Positions 19,966-30,746 of a DNA stretch of 64,000 bases are shown in pieces. The stretch lies in the sequence record DRR378314_1512; one strand, 5' to 3'. A program made the translations under genes and the position numbers. Within the stretch, counting starts at the first letter, position 1, and each line of letters opens with the position of its first letter. The notes under the pieces are model-generated. The model was not told where the DNA came from. It made no database searches and was given only the letters and a program-made list of their open reading frames with translations.

Positions 19966-20666
19966 GGCTGCGCCTCCTGAATAATGCGGGTCGAGATTTT
20001 ATCGGACCCTTCCATGTAAATACTGGATATTCCATGGCGCACGGCGTCCTGCACCTGATCCATACGCTTGTTGATGTGAGCACCTAGTATATGTGCGGCC
20101 TCATCCGGATCGCGGTCCATCAAGGCCTGCATGACACGTTTATGTTCGTCTTTTGAGCGCTGAACCCGGTCAAGGCTCATGGAGATCCAGCGGATATAAC
20201 GAATGCGTTCGTTGATCCGCGTCAGGGTCTGTAGCAGCTCCATATTGCCCGATAGCTTGGCGATGCCTAGATGGAACGCCTCGTCCCGGGTCACGGCCTC
20301 TTGGACGGTGAGCCCAGTAATATCTATGCCTGTCGCATAAAGCTCATCGTTAAGCCCCTGCAGTTGAGCTGCCGAGGCCTTGGTACAGGCGGTACGTGCG
20401 GCAGCGGTTTCGATGATTTGGCGCAGTTCGAACAGATCGAACACGCTTTGGGCATCCAGTGGACGGCAGAAAAAACCTTGCCCCGGGCGGAAATCGAACA
20501 ACCGCTCGGCCACCAGCCTGTTCAGTGCCTCACGCAAGGGGGTGCGGCTGACCCCCAGATCTTTGGACAGAGCTACCTCATTTAATCGATCACCGGGGCG
20601 CAGGCGAAATGAAACTGCCATCGCCTTTACCTGATCATAGATATCATCAACGCGTGGACCCGCCAT
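19962..20666 (-). CDS. GntR (FadR/FCD) family transcriptional regulator
   Basis: LRPGDRLNEVALSKDLGVSRTPLREAL; DEAFH...EH FCD motifs; start uncertain (20666 or 20702). Confidence 0.92.
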   Translation of the reverse strand: MAGPRVDDIYDQVKAMAVSFRLRPGDRLNEVALSKDLGVSRTPLREALNRLVAERLFDFRPGQGFFCRPLDAQSVFDLFELRQIIETAAARTACTKASAAQLQGLNDELYATGIDITGLTVQEAVTRDEAFHLGIAKLSGNMELLQTLTRINERIRYIRWISMSLDRVQRSKDEHKRVMQALMDRDPDEAAHILGAHINKRMDQVQDAVRHGISSIYMEGSDKISTRIIQEAQP

Positions 20667-20728
20667 AATACCGTCCTTTGCACTTTGGTCTACAGGTGCC
20701 ACAGGTCATTCTTGAAATCAATATACAA

Positions 20729-20742
20729 AACTGTATACAGTT
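20729..20742. promoter_or_regulatory. GntR/FadR-type operator
   Basis: Perfect 14-bp palindrome AACTGTATACAGTT between the divergent GntR and ThDP genes. Confidence 0.65.
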
Positions 20743-20776
20743 CTGTGTGCAGATGGAATCAAAGGAGTCACCGACC

Positions 20777-22471
20777 ATGACTGGAACGAATTACCTGACC
20801 GGAGCTGAGGCAATGGTTCGTATGCTTGAGGCACATGGTGTGAAACACATGTTTGGTCTGTGCGGCGATACAACCTTGCCATTCTATGACGCGCTGGCGC
20901 GGATGGATCACGGCATTCAACACACCCTGACGCGGGATGAGCGGCACGCGGCCTATATGGCAGATGGCTATGCCCGGGTGACGGGCAAACCCGGCGTGTG
21001 CGAAGGCCCATCCGGAGGTGGGGCAACTTACATTCTGCCGGGTGTGGTCGAGGCCAACGAAAGCTCGGTCCCCATTCTGGCAATCACCTCCGATGTGGCG
21101 ACGACCAGCCGTGGAAAGTACCCTTTGACGGAACTTGACCAGCCTGCGCTGTTCAAGCCATTGGCCAAATGGAACGCGTCTTTGGACGATGCGAGGCGGC
21201 TGCCTGCCATGGTGCGTGAAGCGTTCCGGGCGATGACAACCGGAACACCCGGAGCGACTCATCTGGCACTGCCATTTGACACCCAAAAAGCGCAGGTCGA
21301 CGAGTCAGAGATTTGGGCGGATGCCCGGCATCGCAGCTATCCGGCGGAACGCGCGGGGCCTGATCTGGATGCGATCGAGGCAGCGGCGGACGTTCTTGAA
21401 AATGCTAAATCCGCGGTGGCCATCTGTGGGGGAGGGCCGGTTCTGTCCGGGGCAAGCGACGCGCTGAGCCGAGTTGCAAACCTGCTGGATATGCCAATTG
21501 CCACAACGGTTTCAGGGCAAGGGTCCATTGCCGAGACGGACCCTCTTGCCCTTGGTGTCGTGGGATCGAACGGCGGTGTGCCTGCAACCCGGTCAGTGGT
21601 GGACGAGGCCGATGTGGTCTTGTTCATCGGGTGTCGTGCTGGATCAGTTACCACAGAACGCTGGAGAAGCCCCGCGCGCAATGCCACCATCATTCATATC
21701 GATAGCGACCCGATGGTGATCGGCGCCAACTATCCGACAGAAGTAGCGATATGTGCTGACGCCCGTCTTGCGCTTGAAGCTTTGGCAAGAGCGCTGGAAG
21801 CACGGCATGATCTGCCACAGCTAGGCGGTGCCACCAAAGCCACCGCTGCCTGGGCGGCAAAAATGGCTGCCTTCAGCCCACTTGCCGCCAGCCGCAATAC
21901 AACAATCCGCCCCGAAGCGGTGATGGCTGCGTTGATGGACATTCTGGATGATGATGCAATTGTCGTTGCTGATCCTGGAACACCATGTCCCTATTTCAGC
22001 GCGCATTACCGCTGGCGAAAATCAGGGCGGCACTTCATCACGAACCGGGCGCATGGTGCGCTGGGGTATTCTCTGGGTGCTGCCATGGGCGCGCATGTCG
22101 GGCGGCCTTCGGTGAAAACCCTGTCCGTGATGGGCGATGGTTCTTTTGGATTTACCTGCGGTGAGTTCGAAACCATGGTGCGGCACAACATGCCGATTAC
22201 CTCGATTGTGTTCTCGAACGCGACTTTTGGATGGATCAAAGCGGGGCAGAACGCAGGGTTTGGTCAGCGATTTTACAATGTCGATTTCAACCGCACCAAC
22301 CATGCTGCCGTTGCCGAGGCATTTGGTGTGAAATCCTGGACAGTGAAAGATCCCGAAGAGTTGCCCAAAGTCTTGAAACAAGCCGTCGAGCATGATGGGC
22401 CAACCTTGGTCGACATCCATTCACAACCACTTCACGAGGCTGCTGCCCCGGTTTCGGAATGGGTCGCGTAG
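20777..22471 (+). CDS. Thiamine-diphosphate-dependent enzyme (acetolactate synthase-like, substrate unknown)
   Basis: TRDERHAAYMADGYAR, ThDP motif GDGSF-X-N; start at ATG 20777 after AAGGAG. Confidence 0.88.
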   Translation: MTGTNYLTGAEAMVRMLEAHGVKHMFGLCGDTTLPFYDALARMDHGIQHTLTRDERHAAYMADGYARVTGKPGVCEGPSGGGATYILPGVVEANESSVPILAITSDVATTSRGKYPLTELDQPALFKPLAKWNASLDDARRLPAMVREAFRAMTTGTPGATHLALPFDTQKAQVDESEIWADARHRSYPAERAGPDLDAIEAAADVLENAKSAVAICGGGPVLSGASDALSRVANLLDMPIATTVSGQGSIAETDPLALGVVGSNGGVPATRSVVDEADVVLFIGCRAGSVTTERWRSPARNATIIHIDSDPMVIGANYPTEVAICADARLALEALARALEARHDLPQLGGATKATAAWAAKMAAFSPLAASRNTTIRPEAVMAALMDILDDDAIVVADPGTPCPYFSAHYRWRKSGRHFITNRAHGALGYSLGAAMGAHVGRPSVKTLSVMGDGSFGFTCGEFETMVRHNMPITSIVFSNATFGWIKAGQNAGFGQRFYNVDFNRTNHAAVAEAFGVKSWTVKDPEELPKVLKQAVEHDGPTLVDIHSQPLHEAAAPVSEWVA

Positions 22472-23352
22472 GTGGCAATCGAAGTTGTGAGCTGGGCTAG
22501 AAAATCCTGACCGATCGTTGAAAGGGGGCGTCCTTTGGCGGTGATGATAGCCATATCCAACATCACCGCAGGTCGGAAGGGCCGGGTCTGATATCCGCTT
22601 TCACCATCAAAAGTGACGGTGAAGGGGTCGATCATTGCGACCCCCATACCTTGTTTGACGAAACTCAGCAGGTTTTCTGACAGATGGGTGTGAATCTGTG
22701 TCCGCCAAGTGCGTTCCGCCGATTGAAAAATGTCCCGCGTCCGTCGGTGGGTTTGGTGTTCAGGGCCCATCACAATGAACGGTTCGTTTTCCAGAATTTC
22801 GGGCGTTAGCACATCATAGGCAGCCAAATGGCTGTTTTCCGGAAAGGTGGCCAGCGTTTCGAACTGAAAGACCTGATAGCTTAACGTGTCATGCAGAATG
22901 GGCATCTCGACAATACCAATTTCAAACAGGCCCGAGATCACCCACTCTTGAATCTTGGATGAATATTGCGATTGAAAGCTGACCGAGAGGTTCGGGCGAC
23001 TTTTAGCAAAGCGCGCAATTTCACGCGGCATAAAGCCGAAGGACAACAAATGAGGCGCAGCAACCTGCAATTGACCGGGATGCTTGTTCTGCAGGTCAGT
23101 CACAGCCTGCGCCACATGATCAAGCCCGCGAACGACCGTGTCGACCTCGCGATAAAGAAGCTCGGCTTCGGGGGTGGGAAGCAGGCGGCCTTTGTTGCGC
23201 TCAAACAGGGGTAGCCGTGCCTCGCGTTCAAGCTGTGCCAGCAGATTGCTGATACCCGGTTGCGATATTCCAAGGACCGAGGCCGCACCTGTCACGGTTC
23301 CGGTCTCCATTATGGCATGAAAGGCTTGTAGCTGACGAAAACGCAGGGACAT
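22432..23352 (-). CDS. LysR family transcriptional regulator
   Basis: MSLRFRQLQAFHAIMETGTVTGAASVLGISQPGIS; 40-bp convergent overlap with the ThDP gene. Confidence 0.92.
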   Translation of the reverse strand: MSLRFRQLQAFHAIMETGTVTGAASVLGISQPGISNLLAQLEREARLPLFERNKGRLLPTPEAELLYREVDTVVRGLDHVAQAVTDLQNKHPGQLQVAAPHLLSFGFMPREIARFAKSRPNLSVSFQSQYSSKIQEWVISGLFEIGIVEMPILHDTLSYQVFQFETLATFPENSHLAAYDVLTPEILENEPFIVMGPEHQTHRRTRDIFQSAERTWRTQIHTHLSENLLSFVKQGMGVAMIDPFTVTFDGESGYQTRPFRPAVMLDMAIITAKGRPLSTIGQDFLAQLTTSIATYATHSETGAAAS

Positions 23353-23361
23353 CTTTAATGC

Positions 23362-23376
23362 ATCACTTTTTCTGAT
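23362..23376. promoter_or_regulatory. LysR T-N11-A box
   Basis: ATCA-N7-TGAT in the divergent LysR/enolase intergenic region. Confidence 0.45.
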
Positions 23377-23448
23377 GATCTCGCGATAAAATAATATTTG
23401 AAATGATAATCTGGTCAAGGCAGGCTTCTGTCACTGGCAGGGGGTTCA

Positions 23449-24582
23449 ATGGGCGATCTGACGCAGAAAATTATTGGGTACGATCTTTGGCACCTTGAAT
23501 TGCCGGTCACGTCCCGTCGGGATCACGGCATCGGGTCGGTCGAAGGTGTCTGCGAAGTGGTTGTTCTGCGACTGCGGTCCGAAGACGGCAGAGAGGGGTT
23601 TGGCGAAGCCTCGCCTTGGTCCGTTTTCACCGGTACACCCGAAGCCACCTATGCTGCCCTCGATCGCTATTTGCGGCCCCTTGTCGTTGGGGCCAAAGTC
23701 GGTGAGCGTTCCGCAATCATGGCGCGGGCGGCCCATGCAGTGGCACACTGCACCGAGGCCAAAGCGGCATTGGAAACGGCATTGTTGGATCTTGCCGGCA
23801 GGATCGGCGGAGTTCCTGTCTGGTCCCTTCTGGGCGGACGGTGCCGGGAGGCCATTCCGCTCAGCTGTTCGATTGCGAACCCGGATTTTACGCAAGACAT
23901 CGAATTGCTGGCGCGATTGCAGGCGGATGGTGTTGGGATCGTAAAGCTCAAGACCGGGTTCAAGGACCACGCTTTCGACATCATGCGGCTGGAGTATCTT
24001 GCACAGAATCACCCGGATTTCTCAGTCCGTGTGGACTATAACCAAGGGCTCAGCATCGAGGACGCACCGGCGCGGGTTCGTGACGTCGCACAGTTCACCC
24101 CGGATTTCATCGAACAACCCGTACGCGCTCATCATTTTGGTATGATGCGCAACCTGAGGCAAATGATCGATGTGCCGCTGCTGGCTGACGAAAGTGTCTT
24201 TGGCCCTGAAGATATGGAGCGGGCGGCACGTGAAGGTATTTGTGACGGGGTTTCCGTGAAAATCATGAAGTCGGGCGGCCCGACACGCGGGCAGACTGTT
24301 GCCCGTATCGCTGCCGCGCATGGTCTGACAGCCTATGGCGGGGATATGTTCGAAGCCGGATTAGCACATCTGGCGGGCGCACACATGATCGCTGCAACAC
24401 CTGAAATCACATTAGGCTGTGAGTTTTATCAAGCTTCCTACTTCCTGAAAGAAGATATTTTGGAAGAGCCTTTCCAGATAAGCGATGGCCAGGTCGTGGT
24501 GCCTGAAGGGCCCGGTCTGGGCAGCAGGCCCGATCTGTCCAAGCTGGAGCATTATGCAATAACCAAGGCGGTGGCGGCGTGA
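23449..24582 (+). CDS. Enolase superfamily, MLE subgroup protein (probable racemase/epimerase)
   Basis: [43 protein letters not shown]. Confidence 0.9.
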   Translation: MGDLTQKIIGYDLWHLELPVTSRRDHGIGSVEGVCEVVVLRLRSEDGREGFGEASPWSVFTGTPEATYAALDRYLRPLVVGAKVGERSAIMARAAHAVAHCTEAKAALETALLDLAGRIGGVPVWSLLGGRCREAIPLSCSIANPDFTQDIELLARLQADGVGIVKLKTGFKDHAFDIMRLEYLAQNHPDFSVRVDYNQGLSIEDAPARVRDVAQFTPDFIEQPVRAHHFGMMRNLRQMIDVPLLADESVFGPEDMERAAREGICDGVSVKIMKSGGPTRGQTVARIAAAHGLTAYGGDMFEAGLAHLAGAHMIAATPEITLGCEFYQASYFLKEDILEEPFQISDGQVVVPEGPGLGSRPDLSKLEHYAITKAVAA

Positions 24583-25829
24583 GCGGCAAAAAGACCATAG
24601 TCATCATTGGCGCGGGGATCGTTGGCGTTTCTGCTGCGGTTTGGCTGCAACGTGACGGTCACGATGTAACCCTGATCGATAAGGCGGGGCCGGGTGAAGG
24701 CACCTCGCACGGCAACGGGGGCGTATTGGCATCCTGTTCGATTGTTCCAGTGACAGTGCCGGGGCTGCTGAGAAAAGCGCCCGGAATGCTTCTCAGCCCG
24801 TCGCAGCCTTTGTTTCTGAAATGGGGGTACCTTCCAAAGTTGATCCCGTGGATGACGCGCTATTTGAGCCATGCAAATACTGCAGATGTCGGGCGCATAG
24901 CTTCGGCTTTGACACCTGTCATTGGCGACAGTCTGAACGATCACAAAGCACTGGCCGATGGCACAGGGGCCGAAAAATGGATCGTGCCATCCGACTACTT
25001 GTTTCTGTACAAAGATAGGGCTCACTACGAAGACGATGCGTTTGGATGGGGCGTCCGGCGCAGGAACGGGTTCACATGGGACGAGTTGGAAGGCCCCGCC
25101 TTTCACGCCTATGATCCCGTTTATAGTGAAGATATCGGCTTTGCGGCGAAACTCTCGGATCATGGCCATATCACGGATCCAGGTCGTTATGTCAAAGATC
25201 TGGCGGCACATGTGGAAGCAAACGGAGGCACCATTCTGCGTGCCGCTGTCGATGATGTGGTTCAAGAGAATGGTAAAGCAACCGGCGTTCGTGCAGGTGG
25301 CGAAACAATTGCATGTGACACCGTGATCGTAACTGCGGGCGTCTGGTCTGGACCTCTGGCCAAGCGTTTGGGCGTTTCTGTTCCCCTTGAAAGCGAACGC
25401 GGCTATCATCTTGAACTTGTAGAGCCTTCTGCCACGCCACGCAGTCCTGTCATGGTGGTTTCGGGCAAATTTGTCGCGACACCGATGGACGGGCGCATTC
25501 GGCTGGCGGGCATCGTGGAATTTGGTGGGCTTGATGCGCCGCCGTCTCGCGCGCCATTTGAACTGATGCGCAAGAACGCCCGGATGGCCTTCCCGGGTTT
25601 GACTTGGAAGGAGGAAGTGGAATGGATGGGGCACCGCCCTGCACCGACTGACTCGATCCCGATCATTGGTGAGGCTCCGGGTATCAACGGTGCATATATG
25701 GGCTTTGGCCATCACCATATCGGCCTGACAGGCGGGCCAAAAACGGGGAGACTTCTTGCGCAAATGATTGCGGGCAGAACCCCGAACACGGACATGAGCG
25801 TCTACGCACCCTCACGGTTCGCAACATAA
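24579..25829 (+). CDS. FAD-dependent D-amino acid dehydrogenase (DadA family)
   Basis: [37 protein letters not shown]. Confidence 0.88.
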   Translation: MSGKKTIVIIGAGIVGVSAAVWLQRDGHDVTLIDKAGPGEGTSHGNGGVLASCSIVPVTVPGLLRKAPGMLLSPSQPLFLKWGYLPKLIPWMTRYLSHANTADVGRIASALTPVIGDSLNDHKALADGTGAEKWIVPSDYLFLYKDRAHYEDDAFGWGVRRRNGFTWDELEGPAFHAYDPVYSEDIGFAAKLSDHGHITDPGRYVKDLAAHVEANGGTILRAAVDDVVQENGKATGVRAGGETIACDTVIVTAGVWSGPLAKRLGVSVPLESERGYHLELVEPSATPRSPVMVVSGKFVATPMDGRIRLAGIVEFGGLDAPPSRAPFELMRKNARMAFPGLTWKEEVEWMGHRPAPTDSIPIIGEAPGINGAYMGFGHHHIGLTGGPKTGRLLAQMIAGRTPNTDMSVYAPSRFAT

Positions 25830-25880
25830 AAACGGTTGCAGAGAAATATCGGCAACTCGACATTCAACAGGGAGAAGATA

Positions 25881-26858
25881 ATGAAGAAATTGACAAGCCT
25901 TCTGGCGGCAACCGCGCTGACAGCTGCCGCAGCCGCACCGGCGATGGCCGAGAAATGGGACATGCCGATGGCCTATTCGGCATCAAATTTCCACTCGGCC
26001 ACGGGCGCCGAATTCGCCAAATGCGTGACCACCGGTACAGGTGGTGAGATTGAAATCGTCACGCATCCCTCGGGCTCTCTGTTCAAGGGGGGCGATATCA
26101 AGCGCGCGATCCAAACCGGGCAGGCCCCGATTGGTGAGCGTTTGTTATCCGGTCATCAGAACGAAAACGCGCTGTTCGGGTTTGACTCGATTCCGTTTCT
26201 GGCAACGTCATTTGATGATAGCGCCAAGCTTTGGGATGCGGCCAAACCTTCGATCGAAAAGCTGTTGGCTGAACAGAACCTGACCCTGCTTTATGCAGTG
26301 CCATGGCCGCCTCAGGGCCTTTACTTCAAGGACGAGGTGAACTCGGTCGCTGAAATGGAAGGCATCAAGTTCCGGTCCTACAACAACGCCACGTCGCGGT
26401 TGGCCGAACTTACGGGGATGCTCCCGGTCACAATCGAGGCAGCCGAAATCAGCCAAGCTTTTGCAACCGGTGTGGCGGATTCCATGGTGTCCTCCGGCTC
26501 AACCGGCTATGACCGCAAGGTTTGGGAAAGCCTGAATTACTTCTATGAAGTAGATGCATGGCTGCCGCGCAACTACGTAATGGTGAATTCGGATGTCTGG
26601 GCTGGTGTTTCGGATGCCAGCAAGAACGTCATCAAGGGTTGTGCAGAACTGGCCGAATATGCCGGAAACTGGCGTGCCAAGGAATATACCGGCTTCACGC
26701 TGCAGGGTCTGCGCGATGGCGGTATGACTGTTGGTCCAGCGTCCGAGCAGATGACGAATGAGCTGAAAGAGATCGGCGTCACCATGACCAATGAATGGCT
26801 TGAAGCCGCTGGTGACGAAGGCAAAGCCATCGTCGATGCGTTCAACTCTTCTCAGTAA
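25881..26858 (+). CDS. TRAP transporter substrate-binding protein (DctP family)
   Basis: Signal peptide; WPPQGLY, GIKFRSYN (conserved Arg); start at ATG 25881. Confidence 0.92.
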   Translation: MKKLTSLLAATALTAAAAAPAMAEKWDMPMAYSASNFHSATGAEFAKCVTTGTGGEIEIVTHPSGSLFKGGDIKRAIQTGQAPIGERLLSGHQNENALFGFDSIPFLATSFDDSAKLWDAAKPSIEKLLAEQNLTLLYAVPWPPQGLYFKDEVNSVAEMEGIKFRSYNNATSRLAELTGMLPVTIEAAEISQAFATGVADSMVSSGSTGYDRKVWESLNYFYEVDAWLPRNYVMVNSDVWAGVSDASKNVIKGCAELAEYAGNWRAKEYTGFTLQGLRDGGMTVGPASEQMTNELKEIGVTMTNEWLEAAGDEGKAIVDAFNSSQ

Positions 26859-26868
26859 CGACTGAGTA

Positions 26869-26899
26869 ATGGGCGGCGGGCACCTCTGCCGCCCATTTT
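26869..26899 (+). terminator. Stem-loop after dctP
   Basis: ATGGGCGGC-10 nt-GCCGCCCAT followed by TTT. Confidence 0.6.
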
Positions 26900-26929
26900 G
26901 CACTCGATCAAAACTCAAGCGGGGACGGT

Positions 26930-27463
26930 ATGGCGGCACTACGTGGGCTTCGGTCTGTACTGGATTTCATCTATCAGGCAGCGGGCGTTCTGGCCGCACT
27001 TAGCCTGATTGCCATTTTATTGCTCATCGTGGTCCAAATGCTGGCCCGCTGGACCGGAGAGGTTTTTCCGGGTGCGCCGGATTACGCCGGCTATGCGATG
27101 GCCGCTGCGTCCTTTCTGGCGTTTGCGAATGCCCTGAACCGGGGCAGCCACATCCGGGTTTCCATTCTTTTGAATTCGGTTCCTGATGGCTTTCGCCGAA
27201 TTCTTGAAATCTGGTGTTTTGCCATTGGTTCTGCCGTCATGTGGTATTTCTGCTGGTATGCATATCGCTTCGTGTTCTGGAGCTGGAAGTTCAACGACAT
27301 AAGTCAGGGGCAGGACAAAACCGCCCTTTGGATACCGCAATCAACCATGCTGATTGGCGCGATAATCCTTGCAATCGCGCTGACGGATCATCTGTTCCAC
27401 GTCCTATTCAAAGGTGACCATCGTATCACCCGCGATCTGGCCGATCAGAGCCACGGAGAATAA
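26930..27463 (+). CDS. TRAP transporter small permease (DctQ)
   Basis: Four TM segments; GSHIRVSIL. Confidence 0.9.
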   Translation: MAALRGLRSVLDFIYQAAGVLAALSLIAILLLIVVQMLARWTGEVFPGAPDYAGYAMAAASFLAFANALNRGSHIRVSILLNSVPDGFRRILEIWCFAIGSAVMWYFCWYAYRFVFWSWKFNDISQGQDKTALWIPQSTMLIGAIILAIALTDHLFHVLFKGDHRITRDLADQSHGE

Positions 27464-27467
27464 GAGC

Positions 27468-28781
27468 ATGGAAAACATATCCGTCATCATCCTCTTTCTC
27501 TTCGTCCTATTCACGCTTTTGGGCTCTGGCGTTTGGGTCGGGTTGGCTTTGATGGGCGTCGCCTGGGTCGGGATGGAGCTGTTTACCACGCGCCCCGTGG
27601 GTGATGTGATGATCACGACCATCTGGTCATCGTCCTCTTCCTGGACTCTGACCGCCCTGCCGATGTTCATTTGGATGGGTGAGATCCTGTATCGAACGCG
27701 ATTATCAGAGGACATGTTCAAAGGCTTGTCGCCATGGATGGCACCGCTGCCCGGAGGGTTGGTTCATACGAATATTGTGGGCTGTACAGTGTTTGCTGCG
27801 GTCTCAGGGTCCTCTGCGGCAACCCTGACCACGGTTGGAAAGATGTCGATCCCGGAACTGCGCAAGCGCAACTACCCTGAACGTATGATCATCGGCACGC
27901 TGACAGGGGCGGCCACGCTGGGTCTGATGATCCCGCCGTCGCTGACGTTGATCGTCTATGGCGTGACGATCAATGAATCGATCACCAAACTGTTCTTTGC
28001 CGGTATTCTACCTGGCCTCGTGCTGGCGGCGATGTTCATGGGGTATGTCGCGATCTATTCCAAGATTGGCAAAGACTGGAACCCAAACGATGAGGGTAAG
28101 CTGACATTCTCTGAGAAGGTCAGAAACTCTCGGTTCCTATTGCCCGTTATTCTGCTGATCACGGTAGTGATCGGATCCATGTATCTGGGCTATGCCACAG
28201 CGACCGAGGCCGCCGCTTTCGGCGTGATCGGGAGCCTGTTACTGGCCGCAGGACAGGGTTCATTGAATTGGAAGACATTCACCGAAAGCCTGATGGGCGC
28301 GACCCGTACCAGCGCAATGATCGCGCTGATCTTGGCAGGTGCCGCGTTCCTGTCTTTGTCGATGGGCTTCACCGGTTTGCCACGCGGGCTTGCTGACCTG
28401 ATTGCGGGGTGGGAGCTGACGCGGTTCGAACTGCTGATGGTCCTTTTGGTTTTCTATGTCATTCTGGGTTGCTTCCTTGATGGGATTTCCTCGGTCGTGC
28501 TGACCATGGCTGTTGTCGAACCGATGATCCGCGACGCAGGGATCGATCTGATCTGGTTCGGTATCTTCATCGTGGTCGTCGTCGAGATGGCGCAGATCAC
28601 CCCGCCCATCGGTTTCAACCTGTTCGTGATGCAGGGGATGACCAACCATGAGATGAGCTATATTGCGCGCGCCGCAATTCCGATGTTCCTGATCATGGTG
28701 CTGATGGTGTTCGTGCTGATCTGGTTCCCGGAACTGGCTACGTGGTTGCCTGAGAACCTGCGTCAGAGCCCCGGTGGGTAG
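27468..28781 (+). CDS. TRAP transporter large permease (DctM)
   Basis: ALPMFIWMG, VSGSSAAT, LMIPPS, ATATEAAA, ITPPIGFNLFV. Confidence 0.93.
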   Translation: MENISVIILFLFVLFTLLGSGVWVGLALMGVAWVGMELFTTRPVGDVMITTIWSSSSSWTLTALPMFIWMGEILYRTRLSEDMFKGLSPWMAPLPGGLVHTNIVGCTVFAAVSGSSAATLTTVGKMSIPELRKRNYPERMIIGTLTGAATLGLMIPPSLTLIVYGVTINESITKLFFAGILPGLVLAAMFMGYVAIYSKIGKDWNPNDEGKLTFSEKVRNSRFLLPVILLITVVIGSMYLGYATATEAAAFGVIGSLLLAAGQGSLNWKTFTESLMGATRTSAMIALILAGAAFLSLSMGFTGLPRGLADLIAGWELTRFELLMVLLVFYVILGCFLDGISSVVLTMAVVEPMIRDAGIDLIWFGIFIVVVVEMAQITPPIGFNLFVMQGMTNHEMSYIARAAIPMFLIMVLMVFVLIWFPELATWLPENLRQSPGG

Positions 28782-28787
28782 CGGGCA

Positions 28788-29720
28788 TTGAACCCTTTCC
28801 ACCTTGCAGCACGACACGGCCCTTACGTATTGATTTTGGGGTTGGTGGCTGGCCTCTTGCTGCCGGGACTGGCCGAACCAATGCGACCGTTTTTGCCGCC
28901 CTTGGTCATGATCTTGTTGTTTTTGACGCTGCTTCGAATGAAGCCGGGTGCCATCGTGGGCTCGCTAACCGATCTGCGACAGGTCGCAGGCACGATTTTG
29001 GCCTTCCAACTGGCTATGCCCTTGCTTGTGGCTGCGGTGGGATTTGCCGCTGGCTGGAGCAACGCTCCGGTTTTTCTATCGCTTTTGATCGTGGCCGCTG
29101 CGCCTTCGATTTCCGGCAGCCCGAATATGTGCCTAATGATGGGGTATCCTGCGGAATATGCGATGCGTCTGGTCGTGGTTGGAACTGCTGTTTTGCCTTT
29201 TACCGCCCTGCCAATCTTCTGGTTGATGCCAGAATTGGGTGACATCCAGGCTGTCCTGATGACCTCGCTTCGCCTATTTCTTACGATCGTAATCGCAATT
29301 CTTGCAGCGGTCGCATTGCGCCGAACCGTGCTTCGCGAACCATCACAGTCGACGCTTATAAATCTGGAAGGTGCAGCGACAATCACGCTTGCGGTTTTTG
29401 TGGTTGGATTAATGCCATCTGTGAGTGCAACCGCTCTTCAAGAGCCCGCAGTCGCGCTGTTCTGGATCGTATTTGCCTGCCTGATCAATTTTGGCGCTCA
29501 GGTTGTTTCTTTTCATCTGACGCGAAGCAGGCTGCCCACTGCCGAGGCAATTGCAGTTTCTTTGATTGCTGGAAACCGAAACACCGCAATATTCTTTGTG
29601 GCGTTGCCGCCTGAAGTGACCGCACCCATTATGGTGTTTATCGGCGCCTATCAGATTCCGATGTACCTAACGCCTTTGATCATGCGCCGGCTTTATCTGC
29701 AGAAAAGTTCAATCGGATGA
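28788..29720 (+). CDS. Membrane protein, bile acid:Na+ symporter-like
   Basis: About 10 TM helices; AAAPSISGSP and AGNRN motifs; TTG start. Confidence 0.65.
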   Translation: MNPFHLAARHGPYVLILGLVAGLLLPGLAEPMRPFLPPLVMILLFLTLLRMKPGAIVGSLTDLRQVAGTILAFQLAMPLLVAAVGFAAGWSNAPVFLSLLIVAAAPSISGSPNMCLMMGYPAEYAMRLVVVGTAVLPFTALPIFWLMPELGDIQAVLMTSLRLFLTIVIAILAAVALRRTVLREPSQSTLINLEGAATITLAVFVVGLMPSVSATALQEPAVALFWIVFACLINFGAQVVSFHLTRSRLPTAEAIAVSLIAGNRNTAIFFVALPPEVTAPIMVFIGAYQIPMYLTPLIMRRLYLQKSSIG

Positions 29721-29775
29721 CTTGATGCCTGCGCTTTAAGAACCCTTGCTTTCTAACCAAGCGATGTTCGTTGTC

Positions 29776-30702
29776 TCAGCCGGTTTCGTCGACCGCTTCA
29801 CTAAGCCACTTGAACACAAGCTTTGCGCGATCGGATGAGGTGTTGTGTAATTTCACGTAGAAATCCAACTGCGATGATGTGGTCTGCGGCAATAGCCTGA
29901 CCAGTTTCCCCGATTTGATCAGGTCCGAGGTCAGACCCTCCCAGCCCAGAACCGCGCCCATATCGTCCTGGGCGGCCTGAAGGGCAATCGTGTAGTTGTT
30001 GACACGATGTGCCGAATTCAGCGGGCCGTCATATCCCAGCTTGCGGGTCCACGCGCGCCAGTCAGTCCAGCCGGTGTCTGGAGCATCAAGATGGATAAGG
30101 GGCACGCGCGCGAAATCCTCAACGCGTTCGATGGGATTGTGTTCCGCGAACCGGGGGCTGCACAATGCCATGATGTTGTCGTGAAACAGCGTCTTGAAGA
30201 TGCCCGTTTCACGACTGGAATCGCCATAGTGAATGCTCAGATCGCATCTCGAAGTATCGATGCCGAGGTCAGTTACTACCTGCGTCACGGAAACATGTCC
30301 GTGACGCTTCCAGAACTGGGCAAGACGCGGCGTGAGCCAGAGTGAACTGACAGCCGTGGTCGAGCGGATTGTAACGCCTTTTCTGTCATACTGGCGGCGC
30401 AACTGCCCAAGGGCTTCACTGATGCCTTCAAGACCACGTTGCAACGCGACAAGCAGATAAGCGCCGCTTTCGGTCAGTTCCACGCCGCGATGATGGCGCA
30501 GAAACAGCGCGCATTGCAGCTCATTCTCAAGCGCTTTGACCTGATGGCTGATCGCGGCGGGCGTGACGTTAAGTTCTTCGGCGGCCGTCTTGAAGCTCAC
30601 ATGCCGCGCGGCAGCTTCGAAGCTGATCAGCGAACTTAACGGCGGAAGGTCATATGGACGGTTGAGCAAGATGGTTTGACCTGTGATGGTATGATGAGTC
30701 AA
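29776..30702 (-). CDS. LysR family regulator (GcvA-like)
   Basis: LPPLSSLISFEAAARHVSFKTAAEELNVTPAAISHQVKALE. Confidence 0.93.
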   Translation of the reverse strand: MTHHTITGQTILLNRPYDLPPLSSLISFEAAARHVSFKTAAEELNVTPAAISHQVKALENELQCALFLRHHRGVELTESGAYLLVALQRGLEGISEALGQLRRQYDRKGVTIRSTTAVSSLWLTPRLAQFWKRHGHVSVTQVVTDLGIDTSRCDLSIHYGDSSRETGIFKTLFHDNIMALCSPRFAEHNPIERVEDFARVPLIHLDAPDTGWTDWRAWTRKLGYDGPLNSAHRVNNYTIALQAAQDDMGAVLGWEGLTSDLIKSGKLVRLLPQTTSSQLDFYVKLHNTSSDRAKLVFKWLSEAVDETG

Positions 30703-30731
30703 TGATATACGAGCTACTCGTCGCAGGTTGG

Positions 30732-30746
30732 CTTAGCTCACCTTAT
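30732..30746. promoter_or_regulatory. GcvA-type LysR box
   Basis: CTTAG-N5-CTTAT in the divergent intergenic region. Confidence 0.4.

Noticed and set aside
20777-22471. Possible sulfoacetaldehyde acetyltransferase Xsc, given the nearby pta
   Set aside because: N-terminal motif is FGLCGDT rather than the GIIGSA I recall for Xsc, and no tau genes are present
24552-25763. 403-aa minus-strand ORF
   Set aside because: Antisense shadow of the DadA-family gene
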